A stretch of 64,000 nucleotides of DNA, from positions 62,001-126,000 of IMG/VR virus record IMGVR_UViG_3300046810_000338. One strand, 5' to 3'. Both the position numbers and the translations under genes were made by a program. Under the pieces are notes generated by a model that saw nothing but the letters and a program-made list of their open reading frames with translations, ran no database searches and was not told the origin of the DNA. This document shows, one piece after another, positions 48,251 to 56,497 of the stretch (position 1 is its first letter; each line of letters opens with the position of its first letter).

Positions 48251-48832
48251 ATGGCAGACTCCATGTCACCGGCACAAAAAATTACCTTTACGCTGTATGC
48301 CGTATCGGTACCCAGGGTCTACATGCAGTCTGCCGAGTCTGCAAACTTTTACGGGACCATTGCTCATGACAATCCTAAAGCTCAGAAAGAGCAGGAGATT
48401 GGCGACATTCGTTGCAACCTCTCGATCACGCGTATGGCAGAGTTATTCAACCGCGGTTGCAGACCTTGGTTCCTTACTCCTGCATGTACAAGTCGGATGT
48501 ATCTTGACTTGTTCGAATACCTGCGCAGTGTGGAAACGGCTTTCCAGGAAAATACCACGTCCTCTCGGTTCACTGATGAGCTGATGGAAAACCTGTTGAT
48601 GCTGGAGAACTTTGCTCAGTGGTTGTTTGGCGTGGCTAAGCCTTACCTGCCATTGGACGAAGACAAGCCTCTGGGTACATTGGCAGGCTATCGTAAGCGC
48701 GTGCCTATTGGGCGCGTGTCGCATGACCAGCAGAAAGCTGTGGCAGAACAAATCGATACCCGTGAACACGTTCGGGTGGTCGATCAGATTATCGAGCGTA
48801 AGGTGGCTCGTGGCCGGTCGGGGTGGATGTAA
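48251..48832 (+). CDS. Conserved protein (phiKZ gp100-like)
   Basis: ATG 48251 with AAGGA RBS; synteny. Confidence 0.6.
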   Translation: MADSMSPAQKITFTLYAVSVPRVYMQSAESANFYGTIAHDNPKAQKEQEIGDIRCNLSITRMAELFNRGCRPWFLTPACTSRMYLDLFEYLRSVETAFQENTTSSRFTDELMENLLMLENFAQWLFGVAKPYLPLDEDKPLGTLAGYRKRVPIGRVSHDQQKAVAEQIDTREHVRVVDQIIERKVARGRSGWM

Positions 48833-50202
48833 TGGATATTCGTTCTTCAACGGTAATGAACGAAGTCAAGAAGATCTTCAATGACTCCGAAAAACCTGTG
48901 CACTTTGTTTGGAAAGCCGAGTTCTTAGTGTTGGGGACTCGGTACGAACCCATGCGTACCCACAACATCGAAATCATGCGTGACTACACCCAGGATTTCG
49001 CTGAGGACATTGAGGTTGAGTTGATGGTAGCTCCATCGCAGTATGTGGACTTCATCTACCCCAACCGAGATAACCTCACGGTTACCCTGCAACAAATCCC
49101 GCTGTATGAAGATGGCACCATCAACTGGGACCTGGATCGTGTCTCTGAGGTTTACCGCGGCTACATCGTCGGTGCCAAAGACCTTAAGATGAACCCGTCC
49201 AGAGAGCAGGGTACCAGCGAGGACATGGACATGCATGGGGCAATCCCTCTGCGCATCCAGCTCGCGTCTAAGGCGTTGGAGCAGCTTAAGATACTGGGAG
49301 TGGGGATTCCAGTGTTTCGTGGCTGTACGCCCGCTCAGGCCCTGCGGATGGCCTTCGATGAGGCTAGCAAGCGTATCAAGGTAGACAATGCCCAGATTAT
49401 CGATGGTGTCGACATGGTGCCTGCCGATAACCAGAACAAACGAGAGCAGATCGTTATCCCCAACGGCATGCTGTTGATTGAACTGGCTCGCTACTTGCAG
49501 AACAAGGCAGGTGGCATTTACAACGCAGGTATTCAGTTCTTCTTGCAGGGCAGTCACTGGTACATCTGGCCCACGCACGATTGTCGTCGTCAGGAAAAGA
49601 CCAAGAAGGTTTTGACCATCTTTGACATTCCTGCCAACCAGTTCCCAGGGGCTGAGCGAACCTATCGCGAAACGCCGGGTCAGGTCATCATGTTGTCTAC
49701 GGGCAAGTCCGCCAACCAAGATCAGTCCGAGGCTTTGGACTTGAACATGGGTAACGGTATTCGCTTCAGTGATGCCAACGCTATCTTGAAAGGGTTTGTG
49801 GCTACAGACGGTAACAACGCGGTGGCTCGTCGTGGCGCTGCTGTCTCTGAGTTCGTGGATTCCAATCGCCGTTCTGGGATTGACTTTGCTCCCATGGCCA
49901 AAGACAGGATCACTGCCAACCCGTTTAAGATGGCATCGCTTCTGGCACCGCGTAAAGGGATGACCATGCAGTTCACTTGGGAGAACGCTAACCCGTTCAT
50001 TCTTTACCCAGGTATGCCGGTCAAGGTTTATACCCTGCGAGACGACACGTTGGAAGAAAGGACAGGGGTATTGATCCATAGTCAGTATCTAGTCAGCCCA
50101 AAAGGCAAAACACTGCGGGACAGCCAACAGGTATGCGTCGCTCACCTCGCTGTGTTCGTTACAGCAGAAACGGTGGAAGACTCCTTACCCGACATGGTTT
50201 AA
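48823..50202 (+). CDS. Baseplate hub-like structural protein (phiKZ gp101-like)
   Basis: RDYTQDFAE, GGIYNAGI, LYPGMPVK segments typical of hub proteins; synteny. Confidence 0.68.
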   Translation: MDVMDIRSSTVMNEVKKIFNDSEKPVHFVWKAEFLVLGTRYEPMRTHNIEIMRDYTQDFAEDIEVELMVAPSQYVDFIYPNRDNLTVTLQQIPLYEDGTINWDLDRVSEVYRGYIVGAKDLKMNPSREQGTSEDMDMHGAIPLRIQLASKALEQLKILGVGIPVFRGCTPAQALRMAFDEASKRIKVDNAQIIDGVDMVPADNQNKREQIVIPNGMLLIELARYLQNKAGGIYNAGIQFFLQGSHWYIWPTHDCRRQEKTKKVLTIFDIPANQFPGAERTYRETPGQVIMLSTGKSANQDQSEALDLNMGNGIRFSDANAILKGFVATDGNNAVARRGAAVSEFVDSNRRSGIDFAPMAKDRITANPFKMASLLAPRKGMTMQFTWENANPFILYPGMPVKVYTLRDDTLEERTGVLIHSQYLVSPKGKTLRDSQQVCVAHLAVFVTAETVEDSLPDMV

Positions 50203-50203
50203 T

Positions 50204-50251
50204 CCATAGCCGCTCTCTAGAGGCCCTTAGAGGCCTCTAGAGAGCTTATGG
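50204..50251 (+). terminator. Stem-loop terminator
   Basis: CCATA..GCTCTCTAGAGGC...GCCTCTAGAGAGC-TTATGG. Confidence 0.8.
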
Positions 50252-50268
50252 GAATAAGTTATTTACAG

Positions 50269-50287
50269 ACCTGAATTATTTAACTGA
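50269..50287 (+). promoter_or_regulatory. Promoter-like motif copy 3 (ACCTGAATTATTTAACTGA)
   Basis: 16/19 match to 56353-56371; AT-rich region upstream of three small ORFs. Confidence 0.55.
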
Positions 50288-50341
50288 TAGACATTGGAGT
50301 ATTAATCCAATGACTTTTCAATCAACCGATAAGGACTTATC

Positions 50342-50794
50342 ATGAGCGTTACTTACATCATTGTTAAGAAGCCTGGACAGCTTGGCGTTATCAATCCAAC
50401 CTACGTAGTTTACCCGTGCAAGGCTGAAGGTTTCAAAGTCGGACCTGGCGAACTATTGCGCGAATACCCTGTATATTGGCTGACCCCCAATCACAATGCG
50501 TTCTTCGAAGCCCATCTGGTGTCGTTGAACTCTGAGACCTTCCACACTGACAAGGTATACGTCATCCTGGATGTGGGTTACGCCGATCAAGATGCACTCG
50601 TAGCCGACGTTAACGCCGATCCTTGTTCCGATCTGTGGCTGTGGCTGCGCGATTGGATGGCAGACCTTGCTATCGAATTCAAGGTTGAAACCTTTTCCAC
50701 TATGGGTTTCAGAGGCGGCATTCAAGCGCTGGTCTTTGACGCCGGCGCCGAGACCTTGCGCAAACGCTTCACTCCGTCTCTCAAGGCGGTGTGA
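50342..50794 (+). CDS. Hypothetical protein
   Basis: 150 aa, AAGGA RBS. Confidence 0.75.
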   Translation: MSVTYIIVKKPGQLGVINPTYVVYPCKAEGFKVGPGELLREYPVYWLTPNHNAFFEAHLVSLNSETFHTDKVYVILDVGYADQDALVADVNADPCSDLWLWLRDWMADLAIEFKVETFSTMGFRGGIQALVFDAGAETLRKRFTPSLKAV

Positions 50795-50797
50795 CGC

Positions 50798-51013
50798 ATG
50801 GCCAGGAGAAATCGTTTAGGAGAACAAATCTTAGAAGGTGGGAATGACACTCCCATTACCTTCAACGACTACTTCACCCGACCAGGCCTTGCATTAGAAG
50901 AACGGGTTACGGTCGGTCCTTCGATTATGAGTCGGTTAAAGAGAATCGATCCAGTCTATGCTTTGACTGTTCTCTTCATCGTCTGCACTGGGGTAACCTA
51001 CTATGTCCTCTAA
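50798..51013 (+). CDS. Small protein with C-terminal membrane anchor
   Basis: 71 aa ending VYALTVLFIVCTGVTYYVL. Confidence 0.6.
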   Translation: MARRNRLGEQILEGGNDTPITFNDYFTRPGLALEERVTVGPSIMSRLKRIDPVYALTVLFIVCTGVTYYVL

Positions 51014-51320
51014 AGAAAAAGATAACCAAGAACCCATCGAGTGGTCTGCGCTGGATATGGCCCTGGTGCTGGAATTGGCCCTGCATAAAGAAGGTGACAC
51101 CAACGTCAATGTGATAACCAGCATTGAACGCTTGGCCGCTCAGCGTTTCCGTGAGAAAGACAGCACTCTACCTGCCGGACTGCAAGCCATTGCCGCAATG
51201 GCCGATCCTGTCAGCGTCTGTCGCACGGTCACTTCAAGTTTCATTGCTGCTCTCAACGAGCAGTCGGGTGACTTTGTAGAGAAGAAGCCCCGTACCCGTA
51301 AAGCACCCCCAGCTGAATGA
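51003..51320 (+). CDS. Hypothetical protein
   Basis: 105 aa, overlaps previous stop, followed by terminator. Confidence 0.7.
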   Translation: MSSKEKDNQEPIEWSALDMALVLELALHKEGDTNVNVITSIERLAAQRFREKDSTLPAGLQAIAAMADPVSVCRTVTSSFIAALNEQSGDFVEKKPRTRKAPPAE

Positions 51321-51325
51321 TACGC

Positions 51326-51438
51326 CCCTCGTCCCTCTTCGGAGGGGCGAGGGTTTTATGCCTACCCTTTATTTTTTTGTTTGACGGCATAAGTAAAGCT
51401 CACTCTCCGGTCATGTAGACACAAGGAGAGTGAGCTTT
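51326..51438. terminator. Back-to-back terminators of convergent genes
   Basis: Plus strand: CCCTCGTCCCTC-TTCG-GAGGGGCGAGGG then TTATGCC. Minus strand: 14 bp stem 51395-51408/51425-51438 then TTATGCC. Confidence 0.82.
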
Positions 51439-51449
51439 GTGGGGTCGAC

Positions 51450-52997
51450 TTAGTATTCGAAGTCGTAGTGGTTCTCTGCTTTGTCGTCGCCAGGTTTTCG
51501 CATGGACATGTCGGGTCCATTAACGTCATCGGGGAAGCCAGGTGCCAGGTTGTCTGCCATCTTGTAAACGTAGTATTGATCTTTCATCGACGTGATCGAA
51601 CTGATCCGATGTTTGCCACGACGACAGCACAGGTAAGACGAGCCATCCTTCTCGACGATGTGGATGTACAATTCCATATCGAGTTCCTGGTGCAGCGTCC
51701 TACAGCCATCGTAGTAGCCCCGTCCGGCTACCTCGTTAACCAGGTTGTCAGTGACACCCATCTTGGTCAACGCCAACGCCTCACCAGACATTTGGTGAGC
51801 CGTAATCAGAGCAATGCACTTCTTGTTGAAGAAGTTCCTTACCCTGGAGTACATGTTCTTGATATCGGCACCCAACGCACCTTGAGTACAACCTTCGCGG
51901 TTGAGCTTACCCAGGTAGTCGATGACGCACAGCTGAATCTCATACCCGAGCTTCTCGTAGTATTCAATCAGCGCAAACAGTTTACGGAAGTTTGAGTTGT
52001 CCGGGTCGATCCGTAGGAACTCAACTTTCCAACCGTTCTTCTCCAACCGGTCCTTAACGACAGCAGAGACTTCTTCGATGTTGGCGTTAACTTCTTTAGG
52101 GTTAACTCGAATGCCTTGCTCGTTGAGGATGATCTGAGAATAGATGTTCTTGTAGGTATCCTCAACCGACTGCTCGTAAGAGATGTGCAGTAGTAGAGGA
52201 ATCTTACCTGGCTGGATGATCGGTACGTTGTACTGAGCAGCCTGCCTGAACATGTTGGAGGTCTTACCAGACTTAAAGTTGTGAGACAGTGCAGAGACTG
52301 CCAACACGTCGCACCGCCTGAGACCACCCACGTCGCCAAAGGCTCGGTTGAGCCCTTGCCAGCCAAATCGAAAGATCTGACTACCAATAGGATCGTTCTC
52401 ACCCTCGTCGGATTTGAACTGATCTTTGATGTTATCAACTTCGCCAACGTTGATGCGTTCCATCACCCCCAGATCTTCCAACCCCCCAACGCCACCTACA
52501 CGTTGATAAGGTTCCAGTTCCTGAGTGAGATCACGCACAAAAGTAGACCAATCAATCTTGGCCCCTTCAAACACGATCCGGCGCCGATAGAGCGTTAGGA
52601 TCTGTTCTACAGCGATCTTGGCATTGTAGGACTGAATGTCGTGAATGGTTTGATCGCGGTACTGAGCCATCTTCACAGGGTCGTCTGTGATGGTCATGAA
52701 GGTCATCAACGCTTCTACAATGAAACTCTCACCTTGGGAGTTCATCGTTATTCTCTGAAGCAGGTCCTCGCGGCCTACGGCTGTGCCTTCTGCCACTGCG
52801 GCGAGTAACCAGCCAGCAGTGTTAAGCAATCCTTCAATAACCTCTCGGCCATAATCGTTCTCAGCACCAGCGTTAGGTAACTCGGTGGTGTTGATGACTT
52901 CTCGGGCCGTACTAAGGATGTCGTCGCTGCGAGTCCCTAACAACCCCTCAACGTGCAGCAACGAAATTACCTTAATCAGTAGGAGTTTGTTATCCAT
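51450..52997 (-). CDS. dnaB: DnaB-like replicative helicase (phiKZ gp118-like)
   Basis: GWQGLNRAFG, SALSHNFKSG (Walker A variant), ISYE, VIDYLG, ITAHQMS. Confidence 0.9.
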   Translation of the reverse strand: MDNKLLLIKVISLLHVEGLLGTRSDDILSTAREVINTTELPNAGAENDYGREVIEGLLNTAGWLLAAVAEGTAVGREDLLQRITMNSQGESFIVEALMTFMTITDDPVKMAQYRDQTIHDIQSYNAKIAVEQILTLYRRRIVFEGAKIDWSTFVRDLTQELEPYQRVGGVGGLEDLGVMERINVGEVDNIKDQFKSDEGENDPIGSQIFRFGWQGLNRAFGDVGGLRRCDVLAVSALSHNFKSGKTSNMFRQAAQYNVPIIQPGKIPLLLHISYEQSVEDTYKNIYSQIILNEQGIRVNPKEVNANIEEVSAVVKDRLEKNGWKVEFLRIDPDNSNFRKLFALIEYYEKLGYEIQLCVIDYLGKLNREGCTQGALGADIKNMYSRVRNFFNKKCIALITAHQMSGEALALTKMGVTDNLVNEVAGRGYYDGCRTLHQELDMELYIHIVEKDGSSYLCCRRGKHRISSITSMKDQYYVYKMADNLAPGFPDDVNGPDMSMRKPGDDKAENHYDFEY

Positions 52998-53550
52998 GTC
53001 TCGGTCCTATATCTACAATTCTTCATCGAAGGCGGTTGCGGGCACGCTGAACTTGATCGCAGTGCCCCGCTGGCTTGAGCTTTCGCTCAAGTCTAAAAAT
53101 ACTACGCTGGAGCAAGCCTTGGGCGGCGATCCTAACGGTGGGTTCTGCTGCTATGCTTTGGATGGTCTCACTCCAGGCATAGTGTCTCGCGACGAAGTTA
53201 CACTTCACGACAGAGTGAGCTACTCGTTGTCGTCTTGGCTGTTCCCTGATAATAAGGAACGTCCTAAGCGAGACCAACTGTATGCAGAGCTTATCAACGA
53301 CTGGCATGCGGTCCCGATGGTCAAGGACCTTAAATTGAATCTCCACCCTATTATTCTGGGGGAGAATCTGATTGGCCTCTACAACGTCGAAGAAAAGCCT
53401 GGCGTTACTGATACAGATTTATATGGGCGTATTCTGCGGTGTGCGCATACCTTGGTATACAACAAGCTTGGCTTGGGTGCCTTGGGGTGTGACTTGATCA
53501 AGGATGTGCTGAACGAAATTTCGATCGGCCAGACGATGGCTGCTCAATAG
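52996..53550 (+). CDS. Probable virion protein (phiKZ gp119-like)
   Basis: ATG 52996 with AGGAG RBS at 52981; upstream of capsid gene. Confidence 0.65.
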   Translation: MSRSYIYNSSSKAVAGTLNLIAVPRWLELSLKSKNTTLEQALGGDPNGGFCCYALDGLTPGIVSRDEVTLHDRVSYSLSSWLFPDNKERPKRDQLYAELINDWHAVPMVKDLKLNLHPIILGENLIGLYNVEEKPGVTDTDLYGRILRCAHTLVYNKLGLGALGCDLIKDVLNEISIGQTMAAQ

Positions 53551-53678
53551 CTCTGTTCTCCTGCGCCCCACGGGGCGTAAGGTTATACAGGTATCTTATA
53601 GCGAAAGTATCTTGCCGGTACAATCGTTTGTTAGTCGACTAACACAAACGTAACGTCCAGTAACTGGAGAACCACAGA

Positions 53679-55988
53679 ATGAACGTGTTTAATTTGAGCG
53701 GAAGCGCATCGACGCCTCTGGATACTCTCGTCGCTGGTCTGAACCAGAACTTCGAGAAGCGCCGTAGCGAGCTGAACAACCCTGCTTTCCACCGTGGTCT
53801 GACCATGGCTGTTGAAAACCTGACCGAAACCGATCAGGCGAACCTGAGCAACAGCGTTAACTCGCTGACTGCCATGGTCATGGAATCCTTCGGCGAAGTT
53901 GCTGGCAAGGTCAACCTGACCGGCATGGGCGAAACCCCTGAGCAAACCGCTCTGAGCGCTGGCACCCACGGTCTGAACCAAAACCAGATCAACGCTGCTA
54001 CCGCCGTTGCAATGGCTTTCTCCAACCCAGTGGCTTACGCAACAGCTGCGCTGAACACCGCTACCGCTTCTGGCGCTAACGGCGTTGTGATGGCGTCCGA
54101 AGGTGTTTCGGGTAACCTGAACCACTACGACCGTACCGTCATGGCCCAGGAAGCGTTCTCCGAACAGCCTCTGCGCCAAATGATGGGTTGGTCCGTTACC
54201 CTGGCCGCTGCTGCCGCTCGTCAAGACGCCTTCGCTGAAGCCTGGTTCCCGACCATCGTGCTGACCCCAGCTGATGCCGGACTGACTCTGACCGTTGCAC
54301 GTTCGATGATCGTGAATGCTCCTATTCAGAACACTGACGGCGTGCCGAACAACCTCGACCGCGTCAACCTGATCGACGCCGCTCGTAACCCCGAGCTGCT
54401 GGAAGATGACTCGCTGCGCGTTCAGCCAGTTGTTCCTCAGGACCCGAACGCTGCCTCGCGCAAGTATTTCGTGCAGGGTTACGCGCCGACCAACGTCAAG
54501 ATCGAAGGCTTCGACGTCGCCGTCGCTCCTTTGGCTTTCGGCGAAGTGGGTCTGATCAACATCTCCACCCCAAGCCACATGATCCAACAAGGCGTCATGG
54601 AACTGACCGACGGTCTGGGCCAGGGCTCCCGTCTGGATTGGCTGGTTCTGAAACTGGGCCAAGACTTCGTCAAGGTCAACGTTCGCAACCTGGCTACCTC
54701 CGGCTTCCTGGCGGCTCAAGAAGGCGAAGCACCACGTCAAGTTCTGAGCTTCGAAGCTCGTGACCTGTCGCTGCATGGTGGCACCAAAACGACTTCCGGT
54801 GCGGCTATCGCCATTCCTGAAATCGCCGAGAACAAGCTGACCGTGCGTTACGCTGTTTCGGTTACCGGCTCCCTCGACTTGCAGAACACCGTCTGCCGCG
54901 TCAATGGCGAGATCATCGGTATCACTGCCATCCTCAACGAGGAAGGTGAAGAAATCAGCCAAACTGACGGCGTCGGCCTGGCAGTTGCTACCAAGTTCGC
55001 AGATCTGGCGAAACTGGTTGGTTGGTTCCCGTTCGCAAACCGTACGAACGAAAACAAACGTCAGCTCGGCAAACTGCTGGACGTGCTGGAACAGCGCTAC
55101 TGCTACGGCATCCCGCTGACTGCTCCAATCTCCGTATTGGCTCCAGTCGGTTCGGCCAAGCCTGCGCAAAACCTCGAAGCACTGATCAGCGCACAGCGCC
55201 GCCGTTGCTCGAACGCTGCCATCACCACCCTGCTGAACCACTCCGGCGAGCTGGCTGACTACATGGCCGGTACCCGTCGCAAGTCGGCGATGCCACAACT
55301 CGGTTCGGTTGGCCGTCTGGTTATCCACCCGTTCTACGAGAAGCGTGTTATTGACGCTGCTGAGTCCGTAATGACTCTGCGCGACAACGACAAGGCGATC
55401 GACATCGCTGCGTTGCTGACCAACACCATCAAAGACCTGGCGACCAACATGCTCATCCAATCCGCATACCCTGCGGCGCTGGAAGCATCGATCTCCGGTT
55501 CCAAGGCGGTGAAACTGCTGGTGGGTACCGACATCAAAATCGGTCAGCACTTGCAGGTTCAGGGTGATCTGCGGACCTTCGGTCCAATGTTCCAAAACCC
55601 AACCATCGTTACCACGCTGAACAAGAAGATGGACAACAAGATTCTGCTCACGCTGACCCGTGAGTCGGAAGCTAACGTTCCGGACATCCTCCAGTTCGGC
55701 TGGCACGCATTCATGCCGGAGCTCGTCTCCGTCGTGCAAGTGAGCCGTAACGGTAACACCCGTCAGGAAGCTACTGTGCAGTCGCGTTACCTGCACATCT
55801 GCAACCTGCCGATCCTGGCCGAAATCGAGGTCACCAACCTGTCCGCTGCTCTGCAAAACAAAGCATCGTGGACTGTTGATCTGACCGAGCCTGAGGATGG
55901 CGCCCCTGGCGTTACACCCAGCGCCCCTGTCGACGGTTCTGGCTCGCAAGGCGATAGCTCTGGTACCAACGTCGGTACTGGCGCTTAA
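53679..55988 (+). CDS. Major capsid protein (phiKZ gp120-like)
   Basis: 769 aa; propeptide site AQE/AF at residue 158; QDAFAEAWFPTIV and HICNLPIL segments; extreme codon bias; downstream of the gp119-like gene in phiKZ order. Confidence 0.93.
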   Translation: MNVFNLSGSASTPLDTLVAGLNQNFEKRRSELNNPAFHRGLTMAVENLTETDQANLSNSVNSLTAMVMESFGEVAGKVNLTGMGETPEQTALSAGTHGLNQNQINAATAVAMAFSNPVAYATAALNTATASGANGVVMASEGVSGNLNHYDRTVMAQEAFSEQPLRQMMGWSVTLAAAAARQDAFAEAWFPTIVLTPADAGLTLTVARSMIVNAPIQNTDGVPNNLDRVNLIDAARNPELLEDDSLRVQPVVPQDPNAASRKYFVQGYAPTNVKIEGFDVAVAPLAFGEVGLINISTPSHMIQQGVMELTDGLGQGSRLDWLVLKLGQDFVKVNVRNLATSGFLAAQEGEAPRQVLSFEARDLSLHGGTKTTSGAAIAIPEIAENKLTVRYAVSVTGSLDLQNTVCRVNGEIIGITAILNEEGEEISQTDGVGLAVATKFADLAKLVGWFPFANRTNENKRQLGKLLDVLEQRYCYGIPLTAPISVLAPVGSAKPAQNLEALISAQRRRCSNAAITTLLNHSGELADYMAGTRRKSAMPQLGSVGRLVIHPFYEKRVIDAAESVMTLRDNDKAIDIAALLTNTIKDLATNMLIQSAYPAALEASISGSKAVKLLVGTDIKIGQHLQVQGDLRTFGPMFQNPTIVTTLNKKMDNKILLTLTRESEANVPDILQFGWHAFMPELVSVVQVSRNGNTRQEATVQSRYLHICNLPILAEIEVTNLSAALQNKASWTVDLTEPEDGAPGVTPSAPVDGSGSQGDSSGTNVGTGA

Positions 55989-56010
55989 TCCTTAAGGGTT
56001 GGCGTTACAA

Positions 56011-56051
56011 ATAAGCCCGGAGCTTCGGCTCCGGGCTTATGCCCTTATGCC
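56011..56051. terminator. Terminator after capsid gene
   Basis: 13 bp stem ATAAGCCCGGAGC-TTCG-GCTCCGGGCTTAT; TTATGCC twice in tandem. Confidence 0.88.
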
Positions 56052-56320
56052 GTCTTATTGAAAAGGCGGTCATGGAAAACGATGGCCAGTACCATTCCAA
56101 TAGCGGCCCCTGTGCCAGAGCTGAGGGTCATCCACCAGCCGCCCTTATAGATCACCATTACCGCAGCTACATCGAACACAGCCATCGCATAGGACGTCAC
56201 AGCGATGAGTTTCAAATGACCCCCGATCACGTTCTTGTGTTGAAAGCCTTTAAGGAAGACAGAGCAGAATGTTACCAAAGTGCTGATAGCGTACAACTCT
56301 AAACCTGGTTGTTCCAACAT
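56045..56320 (-). CDS. Small multi-pass membrane protein
   Basis: 91 aa, three hydrophobic helices, CAGGAG RBS. Confidence 0.75.
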   Translation of the reverse strand: MLEQPGLELYAISTLVTFCSVFLKGFQHKNVIGGHLKLIAVTSYAMAVFDVAAVMVIYKGGWWMTLSSGTGAAIGMVLAIVFHDRLFNKTA

Positions 56321-56352
56321 GTAAGTCTCCTGCTGGTTTAAAAGAATTACAC

Positions 56353-56371
56353 ACCTAAATTATCTAAGTGA
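56353..56371 (+). promoter_or_regulatory. Promoter-like motif copy 4 (ACCTAAATTATCTAAGTGA)
   Basis: 18/19 identical to 9411-9429; upstream of the operon carrying nvRNAP beta N. Confidence 0.65.
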
Positions 56372-56497
56372 TCTGAATCCAGTGATGGCTTCGATCTTTG
56401 AGTTCGGTCCTTGCCTAGCAGCTAACCCTGCATTCCCCTAGTTGAGGATTTAGGACTTGTTAATATAAATCGATACGGCGATACATGGAGCGTTGTA

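Noticed and set aside
52885-52995. ORF-track N-terminal extension of the gp119-like gene (similarly 7529, 14501, 30014, 45239, 48212)
   Set aside because: The extensions overlap other genes or terminators, while downstream ATGs have clear RBSs.
51450-52997. Intein in DnaB or RNAP subunits
   Set aside because: Protein lengths are ordinary, and I saw no C/S...HN-C/S/T splice junctions or LAGLIDADG blocks.
53631-55949. 772 aa antisense ORF opposite the capsid gene (also 24128-25729, 33543-35528, 37181-39418, 43869-45245, 62135-63547)
   Set aside because: Shadow ORFs in exact antisense register to strongly codon-biased genes; no RBS or motifs, atypical composition.
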